A stretch of 64,000 nucleotides of DNA from Eledone cirrhosa. Its lineage: Eukaryota. Shown here piece by piece: positions 27,388 through 43,386 of this stretch. The stretch spans positions 326,740,001-326,804,000 of the forward strand of contig OZ024740.1 in assembly GCA_964016885.1 (NCBI GenBank). Direction: 5' to 3'. A model generated the notes under the pieces. It saw only the letters and a list, made by a program, of their open reading frames with translations. It did not search any database and was not told the DNA's origin. Position numbers and translations under genes: made by a program. Position 1 is the stretch's first letter. Each line of letters starts with the position of its first letter.

Positions 27388-27975
27388 TTCAGGTCGTTAC
27401 GAAGGTCCGACTTCCACACTGATCTCAAGCTGTGGCACGCCGCCCAGGCTTTGCTCTTCCTTTCAACCACATCATCTTCTGTATTCCCAATCTTTGCTCC
27501 CAAATACAGGAAGTCCTCAACCAATTCTAGCGGCTTCCTGCCTAAATTAGTGATCCCCTCTGCCGTAGTGGAGTCTGTGCTGCTGTACGGGTCTGAGATT
27601 TGGACACTGACCAAGAAACTCACTCAGATGATGGATGGGTGCTATACGAGAATGCTGAGAATGGCTCTGAACATTAATCAGTATACACTGAGGAGGAAAA
27701 ACTCAGAGCCGTATGGGAGCCTCCCAAAAGTCAGCTCAAGAGTGACACAGAGGAGATTGAGGTTAGCTGGACATGGTCACCGACATCCAGAGTTGACATT
27801 GCACTCAGTGCTCCTGTGGGAGCCCCTACATGGACACACTGGAAGAGGAAGACCAAGGTTAACGTATGTTGATACCCTAAGGACAGACACTGGTCTGTTG
27901 GAGACGCAGGACATGGCAGCGATAATGAGGGACAGAGACCGCTGGAGAGAACTCGTCCATGGATCTCGGGAATTT
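27388..27975 (+). mobile_element. RTE-like LINE 3' fragment with inverted 5' segment
   Basis: Plus strand: VVESVLLYGSEIWTLT...RLRLAGHGHR...GRPRLTYVD. Minus strand 27388-27545: LELVEDFLYLGAKI...KAWAACHSLRSVWKS. Confidence 0.9.
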
Positions 27976-28346
27976 TACACACACATATATATACACACAC
28001 ATATATAAGTATACACACGTACACACATATATATATACACACACATATACACGCACACACATATACATATAGGTATGTACGTATGAGTTATATCGAACAT
28101 TAATAATAATGTTCGATTCGTTTGTAAACAAATGGCCCAATTTGAAGCTGTGCCGTGCCGGTGACCGATCGTCACCTGTTTGTGCAACACTGGCTTTGAG
28201 TAATAATCAACATGTTTCTGGGTCATTACCCTTCATCAGGAATGTATACCTGTGCCTGTCTGTTGAACGTTTGAAAATATATAGTATTTTCTTAAGTACA
28301 CACACACACACACACACACATACACACGCACGCACGCACGCACACG

Positions 28347-28432
<86 letters not shown>

Positions 28433-28852
28433 ACCCTCCCCACACACATATATATATATATTTATACTTTGATAACTATGTTATCTATAAAATTAAACAT
28501 CTCTTTCATATGAGATGTTTTTTTATCTTATTTTTTCTTCTTAAATATATTAATCGGTATGGTGTGATATATACATTTATATTTCTCATAACTTAATTGG
28601 CATTAATATTCTTGTAATTAGTAAAATGGGCGTAAAATGAATAAATGGATTTATCCTACATTTATCTTTGGTTCAATATTATTTAAACTACTAAAGCTCT
28701 GTGAAGTTACATTCATTGGATTTATTGGTCTTTACTTTGTGGATTATATATCGGATGCATTTGCTATTTTTATTTGCCGATTATATAAACACATTAAGCT
28801 TTAAATCCTTTTGTTATATCATAATAAATCTAATATCAAACTTGTATATATA

Positions 28853-29463
28853 TAAAGTGATAAAGGCGCTGTGTGGTTACTAATAAATATTATTTAGAAA
28901 AAGTAGGAGAAACACAAACATAATGACTATTCCCACTCCTCGGCTGTCTGCTGTGGGTCGCCGACGTTTCGACGCATTAAATACAGTACATCTCACCACA
29001 GTTCGTTGATAATTAAGTGGAATAATTATCAGGGAAGAAAACAACAAAAAAGCAAAAAAACAAAAACAAAAAAAAAAATAGAGATGATAGCGAAGGCGAA
29101 GACAGAAAAAGAAAATAAACGAAAGAAAAACATACCGATAGAGAGGGGGAAACACGCGACGACAGTAGTACATGTAAGTTGCAGTAACCGGTGGGAGAGA
29201 GGGAGAAGTTAAAAAGGAGACCGAACGTAAGTCCTAAATCCGTATTAACAAAACGAGGGAGAGCGAAGAGAAAAACATCTGGTCATAGTGAGAACAGCCG
29301 CAAAGAGGGAGGGACGAAGGAAAACAAAAGTGAGAGAGGGGTGTGGAAGTGTTAAGGGAGCATAGAGAGAGAGAGAGAGGGTGTGGAAGTGTTAAGGGAG
29401 CATAGAGAGAGAGAGAGGGGAGAAGGAGATATATGGTAAGAGAGAAAGAGAATAAGTGAGTGG

Positions 29464-29519
<56 letters not shown>

Positions 29520-29735
29520 ATAAATGAGTGGGAAAGAGAGAGAGAAAGGGAGAGAAAGAAAGAGAAAGAGAGAGAAAGGAGGAAGGAAAAGAGTTAATCC
29601 AAAATGGCAGAACTTAAGTTCAAAACCAGAATTAACAACAAGCGAGATAGGGAAGATAGAACGGAGGTCACAGCAATAAATTAATAAGAATTAAAAGTGA
29701 CAAAGACGCTGTGTGGTTACTAAGAAATATTATAT
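28853..29735 (-). mobile_element. Non-coding insertion with ~45-bp imperfect direct terminal repeats between TA runs
   Basis: AAAGTGA.AAAG.CGCTGTGTGGTTACTAA.AAATATTAT near 28855 and 29694. Confidence 0.5.
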
Positions 29736-29779
29736 ATATATATAAATCAGGATAGAATCAATTTAAAACTAGTTAGTTC

Positions 29780-29940
29780 ATTACTCAACAGAGTGCTTGA
29801 TACTTGGGGTAGTAGAGTATGGCTATATTAGAAAGAGTCGGGCCCCGACGGCTGAGCTCTTGCCGTTTTAACAGCTAGTTCCAGACTGGAATTAACTGTT
29901 GAAACGGCAAAAGCCCAGCCGTCGGATCCCAACTCTTTAT
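29780..29940. mobile_element. Fold-back remnant of PLE termini related to the 2586-7226 family
   Basis: Inverted halves GAAACGGC...CAGCCGTCGG (hammerhead 3' half) and tail AGAGTGCTTGATACTTGGGGTAGTAGAGT, similar to 2476-2505. Confidence 0.7.
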
Positions 29941-31924
29941 AATATATATATATAAAATATATCATAAACCTACATCTCCATTTGGTGGGATATAAGCTAG
30001 ACAGACTAATATTAGTCGGTTTTACTCATACAGTTCCCCGACCATGGTTTCTGGAATAAAAAAATTGACACTAATTATTCCAAGACATTAGAATAACCAA
30101 TATTGGAAGAATTACAATTCCGTCATTCAGAGGATAATTGTTTGGAATAAGAGAAGTTGGATATATGTCATACATACCATGTCGTTGCCGAACCGCATGG
30201 TGTCCAATGCTGAATTTCAAATGTGCAAAAATTAAGCGTTCTGACCATAAAGAGAATGGACCATCCACAACTGGCGGCTTCAGAGCAGGCAACCCAATAC
30301 CCTAATCAATCAGCCATTTCCCTCCATCCTGAGGTCTTGTGTTTATGTTTGCGATCAATGAAAATTTTCCTTATCCCAGAAAACTTCTGAATTCACTGTA
30401 ACATTACTAAAGCAAATTTTGTTGATATTTTATATCAATTTGATAAAACAAAATTCGCAGTGTTTTGTTTTCTTTCAACTAAAAACTGATAAATCGAACT
30501 ATGAGGTGTAAAGCTTTCAGGTTATTGTTTTTTAGCTATATATAAGCTCTGATGAAGTCAATCTATGATTAAAGGCTTTCCTGCATTGATAATACAGTCT
30601 TTATTTTTCAGGCAGGCAATGTATCCTTTCTTTGTTTTAAAAGATAGTAGGGCTGACATTTTCAAACATTGCGCTGCAGCAGTCCTGTGTGTTGCAAATT
30701 GTTTAGGTGAAATGGAAAATATCAGGATATCCAGGAAACTTAAGTGTTTTTAATGCACAACACTAATGGATGCATATTCCTTTGCGACAAAGTGCAATGC
30801 ACAAGCCCATTTCTCTTTTAAAGCAATTTCAATATAAGTTTGTTTTTATATATTAAATTTGTAAAAAAAACTTGATAGATTGCCATAATAATTTTAGCAC
30901 CTTATTTAGTGTACCGTAGATCGAAAAAGTTTGAACATTGATGCAGTTATGTATAATTTAAGGGAGTGTTGTCTTCTATTTCTAGCAGGTCAAGTAAACA
31001 AAGAGGTTTGTATGTTGGCTTGAAAGAATGTATGTTAAATTTAGGGATGTTTGAACCAATAACAACTATCCAATGAACTAGATGTGACAGCACAACCTTT
31101 AGATTATCTAATGTGCTTTTCAACATTTCAGACTGTAGGGTTTGCTTTGATGTAGACGTGGCTGCTATTTCTGGCGAATCAATCAACCACCTAGATACTC
31201 TCTTTTTTATGTAAAAGCATTTCGGTTGTTGCAGTTGAACCCCAGGTCATCCCTGTCCAATAAAACAATGATCAACGGTATTCTATCTGTGATCATCTCT
31301 TCCTTTTTCCAACAAGGATTACTGCGTTGATTTTGTTTTCAACATTGATCGAGTAGGTTTATGCCCAAGGGCGTTCCAACAGTGACTATACCCAATAAGT
31401 CTTTTTCTTTTCTTAATGTGGCAGTGATTAAATCTGAAGGAGATTTGGTTACGATTTCTTGTTGGTTTGGGAGTGGTTGCGCTGTTGTTTACCCAACATT
31501 GATGAAAATGATTCGAACTGTGTCCATGCTCTCTTCCTTGAGGATAACTCTCAGACTATATTAACTAATATATTCTTTCTCAATTTAAAACGGGAGAGAT
31601 GAATATTTAGATGGATTTAGCTACTATTTGTTGCAGATCGAGCTACTACGTATAACCTCCCTTTGCAGTGGTGCTTCATACACCGAAAAGTTAACTCTAA
31701 ATATGTTTCAGTTAAACCAGAAATTACTGTTGTTGTTATTGCTGATGTCCTTGCTGTTGTAGCTATTATTATTGTTATTTAGCACCAGGAATGGATGGTG
31801 GATTAGAAAACTTGTTGGAGTGTTGGACAAAGTACTTTCTGGCATTTCTTCTGGATCTTTACGTTTTGTGTTCGAACCCCAAGGAGTTCAACTTTGCCTT
31901 TCATCCTTCCTGGGAAGTTCAGCT

Positions 31925-33068
31925 TTTACTTATTGATAATAATAACTCTGAACTAAATAGAAAAAGAAAACAAATTACACAATTTTTTAATTACTTTAAT
32001 CTAAAAATAGAAATTGAGAACAACCATAGAATAGTCAATTTCCTAGATATAATATTAAATCTCAACACATGTCTTCACTATCCATTTCATAAGTTGAATG
32101 AAAACTTAAACTATGTCAGCTTTAACTCTAACCACCCCAGATCTGTCAAAAACACTATAGTAAACTCTGTTCAAAAACGTATCTCTAGAATCTCGTCTAA
32201 TAGAAAGATTTTCGACGAAAAAGCCCAGTACTACAATGAAGCGTTAGCTAGAGCAGGATATAGTGATAAGATTATGTACATAGATAATGATAGACAAACT
32301 AAACAAAATAACAACTATTTTAATTACGGCCACAACCTTAACAACTATAATAGAAAGCATTACAATAATTCCAAAAGCCAAAAAAGAAATAGAACTAGGA
32401 ACATAATATGGTTTGCCCCCCCTTTCTCACTAAACATTAAAACCCACATCGCTAAACTATTTTTTAAAGCTCTTGATAATCGCTTCCCTAGAACACATAG
32501 GTATCACTCAATTTTCAATAGACATACTATAAAATTAACCTACTCATCCACCAAAAATTTAGCACAAAATATTAATAGAATAAATAATAGGAACTTAAAA
32601 CCTAGCGATAATAGCATAAATAATATACAAGTTAACAAATGTAACTGTAGAGATAGATCTAAATGTCCGTTAAATAACAACTGCTTAGTTAAAAATATAA
32701 TATACAACTGTAATGTTAAAACGGACTCTAATTCTTTTAACTACGTCGGTTCCACATCGACGGAATTTAAACTTCGCTATAATAACCACAAGAATTCTTT
32801 CACAGATCCAAGCAAAAAATCTTCAACAGCCCTATCAGGCGTACTCTGGCAACTTAGGCAAGATAACGTTAGATATTCGACGGCTTGGAATATAGTCTCA
32901 AGAGGGATTCCTTTTAATTCATCCTCTGAGACATGTGACCTCTGCGCGGAGGAGATATTCTTTATACTAAAATCTAAAAATTCCCTTAATCTACGGACAA
33001 ATTTATTCAGTTGCTGCAAACATAGATTGAACTCAACTTTTAAATATAAATTTAAATTTAAAATGTAG
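31925..33068 (+). pseudogene. 5'-truncated PLE ORF (RT thumb + GIY-YIG); 3' region runs toward the gap
   Basis: VNFLDIILNL, SNHP, WFAPPFS, CNCRDRSKCPL, YNCNV..NYVGST..FKLR, CDLCAEE. The N-terminus of the listed ORF is flanking/SINE sequence. Confidence 0.92.
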
Positions 33069-33531
33069 TATATTTAGTTTGATTTGTAATTATTTGGGAA
33101 ACTAGCCGATAAATCTTTCGATTTCTTCTTTTTATTCTTCTTTTTATTTTAATTTTTATTTTAAACATTCTTCATGAAAAATTAAACTACCCTAAAAGTT
33201 GATGCTCCAAATATATCGAATAAACGTTACACTAGATAAACTTCTATATTAAATATAAGAACATATGTAGACCAAATGGACATCCTAAACTTTTGAAATG
33301 ATTTCTGCTAGACGCGATTTGGTAAATCATTTTTAGCTTTATCTGTTTTCGACTCTGATGCTTATAATGAACTTGGCAATATATTGTCAATTAATTTTGA
33401 AGGGTTGATCTTTGTGGTCGATTTGCGTGGCATATTATGTTTTTATTTTTATTATTTTAATATTTTTTAATATTTTTAATATTTTCATTTTTAATATGTA
33501 ATATTTTTTAGTTTTCTATTTTATTTATTTG

Positions 33532-33588
<57 letters not shown>

Positions 33589-34292
33589 GTATTATTTTTT
33601 GTTTTTGTTTCTGATATTTTTATTAATATATTGAAATCTGTTCTCTATTTCTGCTTGATAGATAATCATGTAGAGTAAAGACAAGAATAGTATTGTTAAA
33701 ATTAATATAGACATCGATATATATGTGTGTATATATACACATATATGTATACTTAAATTTTTATAGCACAATGAGAATGTTCTCCGTGTGAAATAGGGGT
33801 TTGCAGAGTTGATCACGTAAATTCACATCGATGTTTGTAGTTATCATATAAACATATGAATTTTTAAAACTAGACATAAGATCATTACTTTTCATACCAT
33901 TATAGATACGTGTCTCATTCAGGAATACTGATATTTACATTATAGTGCCTGGTTTTTATACGAACTAATATTTCTACATTAAAACATAGGGTTTTTAATT
34001 CTGCCTCGCCTATGTCTGGTTACTTTTCATTTTTCTCTCAATATAACGGCTGGTTTCTTTCCTAACCCATATATCTCCCTTACATTAATACTAGAGCTAA
34101 ATAAATAAATAAATAAATAAATGTATCATTGATACGTCGTTCAACTACCTACTTTCTCTATATATATCTATCTCTATCTATTTCCTCTCTCTATATATCT
34201 CTCTCTGTTTCTTTACATGAAGTTTCTTCTCTTTATCTATCTTTCCATCTCTCTATTTTGTTGCATGCATTTCTTCTTTTTCTTCTTTTTCT

Positions 34293-34492
34293 NNNNNNNN
34301 NNNNNNNNNNNNNNNNNNNNNNNNNNNNNNNNNNNNNNNNNNNNNNNNNNNNNNNNNNNNNNNNNNNNNNNNNNNNNNNNNNNNNNNNNNNNNNNNNNNN
34401 NNNNNNNNNNNNNNNNNNNNNNNNNNNNNNNNNNNNNNNNNNNNNNNNNNNNNNNNNNNNNNNNNNNNNNNNNNNNNNNNNNNNNNNNNNNN
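34293..34492. other. Assembly gap (200 N)
   Basis: Run of N. Confidence 1.
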
Positions 34493-34519
34493 ATATATAA
34501 TATATATATATATAATATA

Positions 34520-34557
<38 letters not shown>

Positions 34558-34564
34558 TATAATA

Positions 34565-34596
<32 letters not shown>

Positions 34597-34648
34597 TATA
34601 TTATATATATATTATATATATATATATAATATATATATATAATATATA

Positions 34649-34695
<47 letters not shown>

Positions 34696-34737
34696 ATATT
34701 ATATATATATATTATATATATATATTATATATATATA

Positions 34738-34780
<43 letters not shown>

Positions 34781-34861
34781 ATATTATATATATATATATA
34801 TATCTATATATTATATATATATTATATATATCTATTTTATTATATATATATATATATTATA

Positions 34862-34906
<45 letters not shown>

Positions 34907-34987
34907 ATATTATATATATATTATATATATCTATATATTATATATATATATATTATATATATTATACACACACATATATATATATAT

Positions 34988-35080
<93 letters not shown>

Positions 35081-35156
35081 ATATATTATATATATTATAC
35101 ACATATATATATATATTATATATATATATATGTATATATGTATATATGTATATATG

Positions 35157-35190
<34 letters not shown>

Positions 35191-35480
35191 ATATATATTA
35201 TATATATATATATATATATAATATATATATTATATATAATATATATATATTATATATATATATATATACTATATATATATATATATATATACTATATATA
35301 TATATATATATATAATATATATATGTTATATATATATATATATACTATATATATATATATATTATATATATATTATATATATATATATATATTATATTAT
35401 ATATATATATTATATATATATATATATTATATATATATATATTATATATATATATATATTATATATATATAATATATATA

Positions 35481-35553
<73 letters not shown>

Positions 35554-35603
35554 CATATATGTATATATATATATATATCATATATGTATATATATATATA
35601 TCA

Positions 35604-35654
<51 letters not shown>

Positions 35655-35711
35655 ATCATATATGTATATATATATATTATATATATATATATATATCATA
35701 TATATATACAC

Positions 35712-35768
<57 letters not shown>

Positions 35769-35780
35769 TATATATATATA

Positions 35781-35819
<39 letters not shown>

Positions 35820-35831
35820 GTTATATATATA

Positions 35832-35862
<31 letters not shown>

Positions 35863-35973
35863 CATATTATATATATATATATATATTATATATATATATA
35901 TAATATGTTATATATATATATATATTATATATATATATAATATATATATAATATATATATTATATATATATAT

Positions 35974-36031
<58 letters not shown>

Positions 36032-36040
36032 TTTTATATA
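34493..36040. repeat. Interrupted (TA)n microsatellite tract
   Basis: Almost pure TA for about 1.5 kb. Confidence 0.98.
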
Positions 36041-36074
36041 TAAGAACAAAAGATGGTTAAAAGATTTCCATGTA

Positions 36075-36141
36075 TTTTATTATGCGCATTTCAAAAACAA
36101 ATATCATCATGCTATAATATTTGTGTTTTCATCAGATAAAA
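36075..36141 (-). ncRNA. Type I hammerhead ribozyme
   Basis: Reverse complement of 38660-38725. Confidence 0.82.
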
Positions 36142-36339
36142 CAGGAAGACATGATATGAAGGTTAAAAAACACTTGTGGATAGTGCAGTTTTAAATCAAC
36201 ATATGCAAAGTAGTTTTAGATTGATGTGTGATATTGGGAAAAATATTTTATTTTGAGGGTGGGGTGGGGTGGGGGTGGGGATGGTAAGGATGAAAAAGAG
36301 GAGGAGATGAGAGTAAAAAGTGGAGAGGGAGGAGTATAA

Positions 36340-37671
36340 CGGAAAATTCCTCAACTTCGCGGTGGAATTTATCGTGACGATGGACTCTTTACTATCTTAA
36401 ATTGCAACATAGTTAACCTTAATATTATTAAGAACAATATACGTAATCTCTTTAACCAACATAACCTAAAAATTGAATTTGATAACAGCATCAAACTAGC
36501 TAATTTCTTGGATGTATCTCTTAATCTTGACACTGGCCTATATTACCCTTACCATAAAAGCAATGAGAACCTAAATTATGTTAACTTTAAATCTAACCAT
36601 CCTACTAATATCAAGAATGCTATAGTTAGTAATATTGGAAAAAGAATATCTAACCTATCTTCTAATAAAAACATCTTTGATGCTAACGCCAATTACTATA
36701 ATAACGCGCTTTCTAAAGCCGGCTATCCTGATAAAATCAAATATAGTAAAGAAACAAATTCTAGAAGATCTTACAGTAGAATAATTAATCATGATCATTC
36801 CAATAACTTTAATAAAAGACCTAGATACAAAAACATAATCTGGTATAATGCTCCTTTCTCCATCTCTATTAATAATAATATTCCTAAATTATTCTTTAGT
36901 GCCTTAAATAAATGCTTCCCATATCTATAGTAAAATATTTCCTATTCTACATCCTCCAACATTTCCAACATTATCTCTAAACACAACAATAAAATACTAA
37001 ATACTAAATCTCTTCCTTCCAACACTGAATATCATAATAATAGTAATAGCATTCCCGACGTCATTGTAAACCCTAGGCTAATTTCTGCAAACCCAAATAC
37101 AACGTCAAACACAACTTCGCTAAATGTTCTTAATCCCATTCTAAATCAAGAAACTATTATTCCTATCGCAAATAACTTCTCCAATCCAATTCCTTCTATA
37201 GATAACACTAGGTCACTCGTTAATAATCTCTCTAATCGCAATTGCAATTGCCCTGTTAAAAATAAATGTCCTCTCAACAACCATTGTCTTGATAAAAACT
37301 TAATTTACGAATGTAAAGTTATAACTGGCACCAATTCCTTCACCTATTTTGGCTCCACTTCCACCTCTTTTAAAGCTCGTCTCTATAATCATCATTCATC
37401 TTTTAAATACAAACTTAAAAGAACCAACACGGCTCTCTCAGAACTCATATGGTCCTTGAAAGACAAAAACATTAAATATACCATCTTTTGGAAGAAGGTT
37501 TCTTCTGCGTCTTCATACTTGAACAGCTCTCTATCTAAAATCTGTAATCTCTGCCTAAATGAAAAATTTACCATTATATCTAATTTAGTTTCTATAATAA
37601 ATAGACGCACTGACTTGTTTTCTATCTGCTTGCATAAATTCCACAAAACATTCCACAAAGTATACAGCTAA
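36340..37671 (+). pseudogene. Disrupted PLE RT + GIY-YIG
   Basis: GGIYRDDGL, NFLDVSLNL, WYNAPFS, stop/deletion near 36930, CNCPVKNKCPL, TYFGST..FKAR, CNLCLNEK. Confidence 0.9.
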
Positions 37672-38659
37672 TATCCAAAACTTTATCAATTTAGAATCTT
37701 TTTCTCAAAGGCACACATGTATATATACACTTCTTTAAAAATATACCCATCTTTCTACCTTATTTCAAAGTTTTTATTATACATTATATAATACTTGTTA
37801 CTCATTCTATAATACTTGTTACTCATTCTATATCGCTCCTATTTATCACTTCCCTTTCTTCTCTTTTTCTTTTAATGTCTAACCTCTAATCTGTACCTTT
37901 TCTCACTGTTGCCTAACATAGAAGCAATTATTACATAATACAATACATTCTTACTCTATATCACCTTGTAAAAATCCTTCGTAAACATAAACATTTTTTT
38001 GACGTTAGATTATTCATCCTCAATTCATTATTCTTTTCTCCCTTTCATCTAACTTATTCATGCTCATCTCACAATATATCCTTACTTAAATTACCTGTTG
38101 TTCTTTTTAATAATACATATCAATATTTTCTTTCCATCGCACATATTATTAAACCCCTAAATATTATTAAACCCTTAAACATTATTCTTAATACATATTA
38201 ACTTTTTCTTTCCATCGCACATATTATTAAACCCTTAAATATTATTCTTAATACATATTAACATTTTCTTTTCATCGCACATATTATTAAACCCTTCAAT
38301 ATACAAACCTTAACTTTACATTATATTTCTCTTCGTTAATTTTCAAATTCTTTTAATTTATACATTATCTTCCAACGGTTTTTAACCTCTCTATGTAAAA
38401 CAATATATCTTTCTCAGTTATAAAAGGTATCTCTCTCTCTCTATCACCCATCTCTCCTCCTATCTCATCCTTCCTCATTATACTCCTCCCTTTCCACTTT
38501 TTACTCTCACTCCTCCTCTTTTTCATCCTTTCCAAACAAGGCCCTCAAAATAAAATATTTTTCCCAATATCACACATCAATCTAAAACTAGTTTTCATAT
38601 GTTGATTTAAAACTGCACTATCCACAAGTGTTTTTTAACCTTCATATCATGTCTTCCTG

Positions 38660-38725
38660 TTTTATCTGATGAAAACACAAATATTATTGCATGATGATAT
38701 TAGTTTTTGAAATGCGCATAATAAA
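38660..38725 (+). ncRNA. Type I hammerhead ribozyme
   Basis: TTTAT CTGATGA aaacacaaatat...atattagttttt GAAA TGCGCA TA ATAAA. Confidence 0.82.
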
Positions 38726-38833
38726 ATACATGGAACTCTTTTAACCATCTTTTGTTATTGTATATTATGTATACTCCAGTCCTACAAACTGTAGAGTGCT
38801 TCTTATCCGATATCTGCATTGCTTTATTGTACT

Positions 38834-40606
<1,773 letters not shown>

Positions 40607-40657
40607 AAATATTAAACAAATAATGAATAAACAATTCCTTATATTAAACAAAAAAAG

Positions 40658-40812
40658 TTCATTATTTAACGATCGTTTCTAGGATATATATGTGTTAGAA
40701 TTGGTATGCATATTCAACAGATCTATGTACAAAATTATACAAAATTATACAAATTATCAAGATTAAATATACATACCAAACACATATATACGCCGTCTTC
40801 AGAAATAATGAA
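40658..40812 (-). ncRNA. Type I hammerhead ribozyme with ~115-nt stem II
   Basis: Reverse complement of 62099-62253. Confidence 0.78.
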
Positions 40813-41523
40813 GTATATTTATTGATAATAACAACAATTCAAAATTTCAGGTCCGTTTGGGAACAAAAATTGACCAATGAAAACACAAAGGGTTAAATGC
40901 AGTTCGGTGTGTGTATATACATGTAAAACCCTTACACATATTTTACAAAAATGTATGTATAACTTGTATACGCATACTAAAAGGATGGATGCAAATACAA
41001 AATTTCAAGGTTAATGTCTCTGTGAGTTTATAATGCACAAATAAGATGCGTATTGACACTTATGAAGTTAAGTATATAAATATATTTTTTCATACTCACA
41101 CATATCCGTACAATCACACATACACGCGCGTATATGCATAAATATACACATAACCACGAACATACAAACACACACACACCCCCACTCACATTTATATATG
41201 TGGATATAAAATCATAAGCACATGGATATTAATTCACTCACATAAAACACTGGCACACACATTTTCAGATCAAGATACAGAAATTAGGTGGGAGGGGGGG
41301 GAGGGGTCAGTATTCAACGGTCTGAGTAGACTGCCTAATATAAATGTATCTATAAACTAAGAAAAATAAACAAATAAAATAATAAAATATAATAAATAAA
41401 ACATTAAGGAGGAAAGAATAGAAAGAAAAACAGAAAAAAGAAAAAAGAAAAAAGAAAAAAGAAAAAAGAAAAAAGAAAAAAGAAATATATCAAGAAAATA
41501 AATATACACACATACACATATAT

Positions 41524-41568
<45 letters not shown>

Positions 41569-42122
41569 TATATATATATATAAAAACATACATATATATA
41601 CACATATACACTCACACATCCATACATAAATATACACACATATATAAACACATACATACATATACACACATCCACACTAAGAACATACATACACACACAT
41701 ATATAAACCTATACATATACACACATACATACATATACACATATACATACAAATACACATACATATATATATACACACATATATATATATATATATATAC
41801 ATATATATACATATATATGTATATACACGTACATATACACACACATATACCTATAATCACACATACTATACAGACACAGATATATATAACCACACACATA
41901 CATGCACATATACAACACTTACATACTAATATACATACAGATATACACATACATAGCTATATATACACACAAATATATACAGACTTACATATATACATAC
42001 AGACAAATACTTACGCATCTATATATCGGTATATACATACAAACACCACTACACTATCACACAACATAGAAATACAAAGAGAAAGGTATATACCTATACA
42101 CACATACATATACAAATAGAAA

Positions 42123-42168
<46 letters not shown>

Positions 42169-42194
42169 TACATATACATATATATATATATAAC

Positions 42195-42227
<33 letters not shown>

Positions 42228-42883
42228 CACATACAAATACACATACACACACATACAGATATATACACATACATACATATACACACATATAGAAATATTT
42301 ACGCATACATACATACACACATACATATAAAGTCATAGACATCCATACATCTACACGAACATACATATACACATATATAAAGATATATATACACACACAC
42401 ACACACACACGCAACACATACACACATACACATATATATAAAAAAATAAATAATAAAGATATATACATATATATATACACATACATATATATATATATAC
42501 ACATACACCTAAATATACATACACATACATACACACATACATAGACATACATGTACATACATATACGTACACCGATATACATATATATATATATATACAC
42601 ACATAGACATATACATACATACACACACAACTTACATACACACATATATATACATGTATATTCATACATAGAATTAGAAATATAATCATACATACATATG
42701 CACTTACTTATACTCATATATACAAATACATACGCATCCATATATGCGTATATACATAAAAAACCACTACAACCTCACCTAACTCAGACATACAAATAAA
42801 ATAATAATAAAAAGGCATATGTATATACATACACACACGCATTAATAGAGATATATATATACACACATACACATATACATATA

Positions 42884-42915
<32 letters not shown>

Positions 42916-43038
42916 CATATATACACACATACAATCATACATATATATATATATATATATATATACATAGATATCCACACACTCATACCACCATAAATAC
43001 ACATACAAACACCCACATATAGATATATATACACACGC

Positions 43039-43071
<33 letters not shown>

Positions 43072-43197
43072 TAAAAAACAGACATGCACATATATATATA
43101 TTTTTTTACACTTATATATACACATATTATATACATATACACAACTTCACTTATACACACATACACATAAGTTATATTATAATAATAAAAAATAATA

Positions 43198-43233
<36 letters not shown>

Positions 43234-43242
43234 CATACATAC

Positions 43243-43273
<31 letters not shown>

Positions 43274-43337
43274 CATACAAACACATACATACACATATAC
43301 ACACATATGAATATAGACATATATTCACACATAGACA

Positions 43338-43386
<49 letters not shown>

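Larger units (their letters stand above)
36042..38756 (+). mobile_element. Older 5'-truncated PLE with inverted 5' copy of its 3' end (36042-36339 / 38478-38756)
   Basis: Inverted arms with several mismatches; RT/GIY-YIG remnant; (TA)n flanks. Confidence 0.92.

Noticed and set aside
30545-30582. CTGATGA AGTC...GATT AAAG motif
   Set aside because: No GAAA, stem III or closing stem I; probably chance
31791-31925. N-terminus of the 425-aa ORF as a genuine start
   Set aside because: Made of flanking DNA and a SINE fragment (CAACTTTGCCTTTCATCCTT) that happens to be in frame with a truncated PLE
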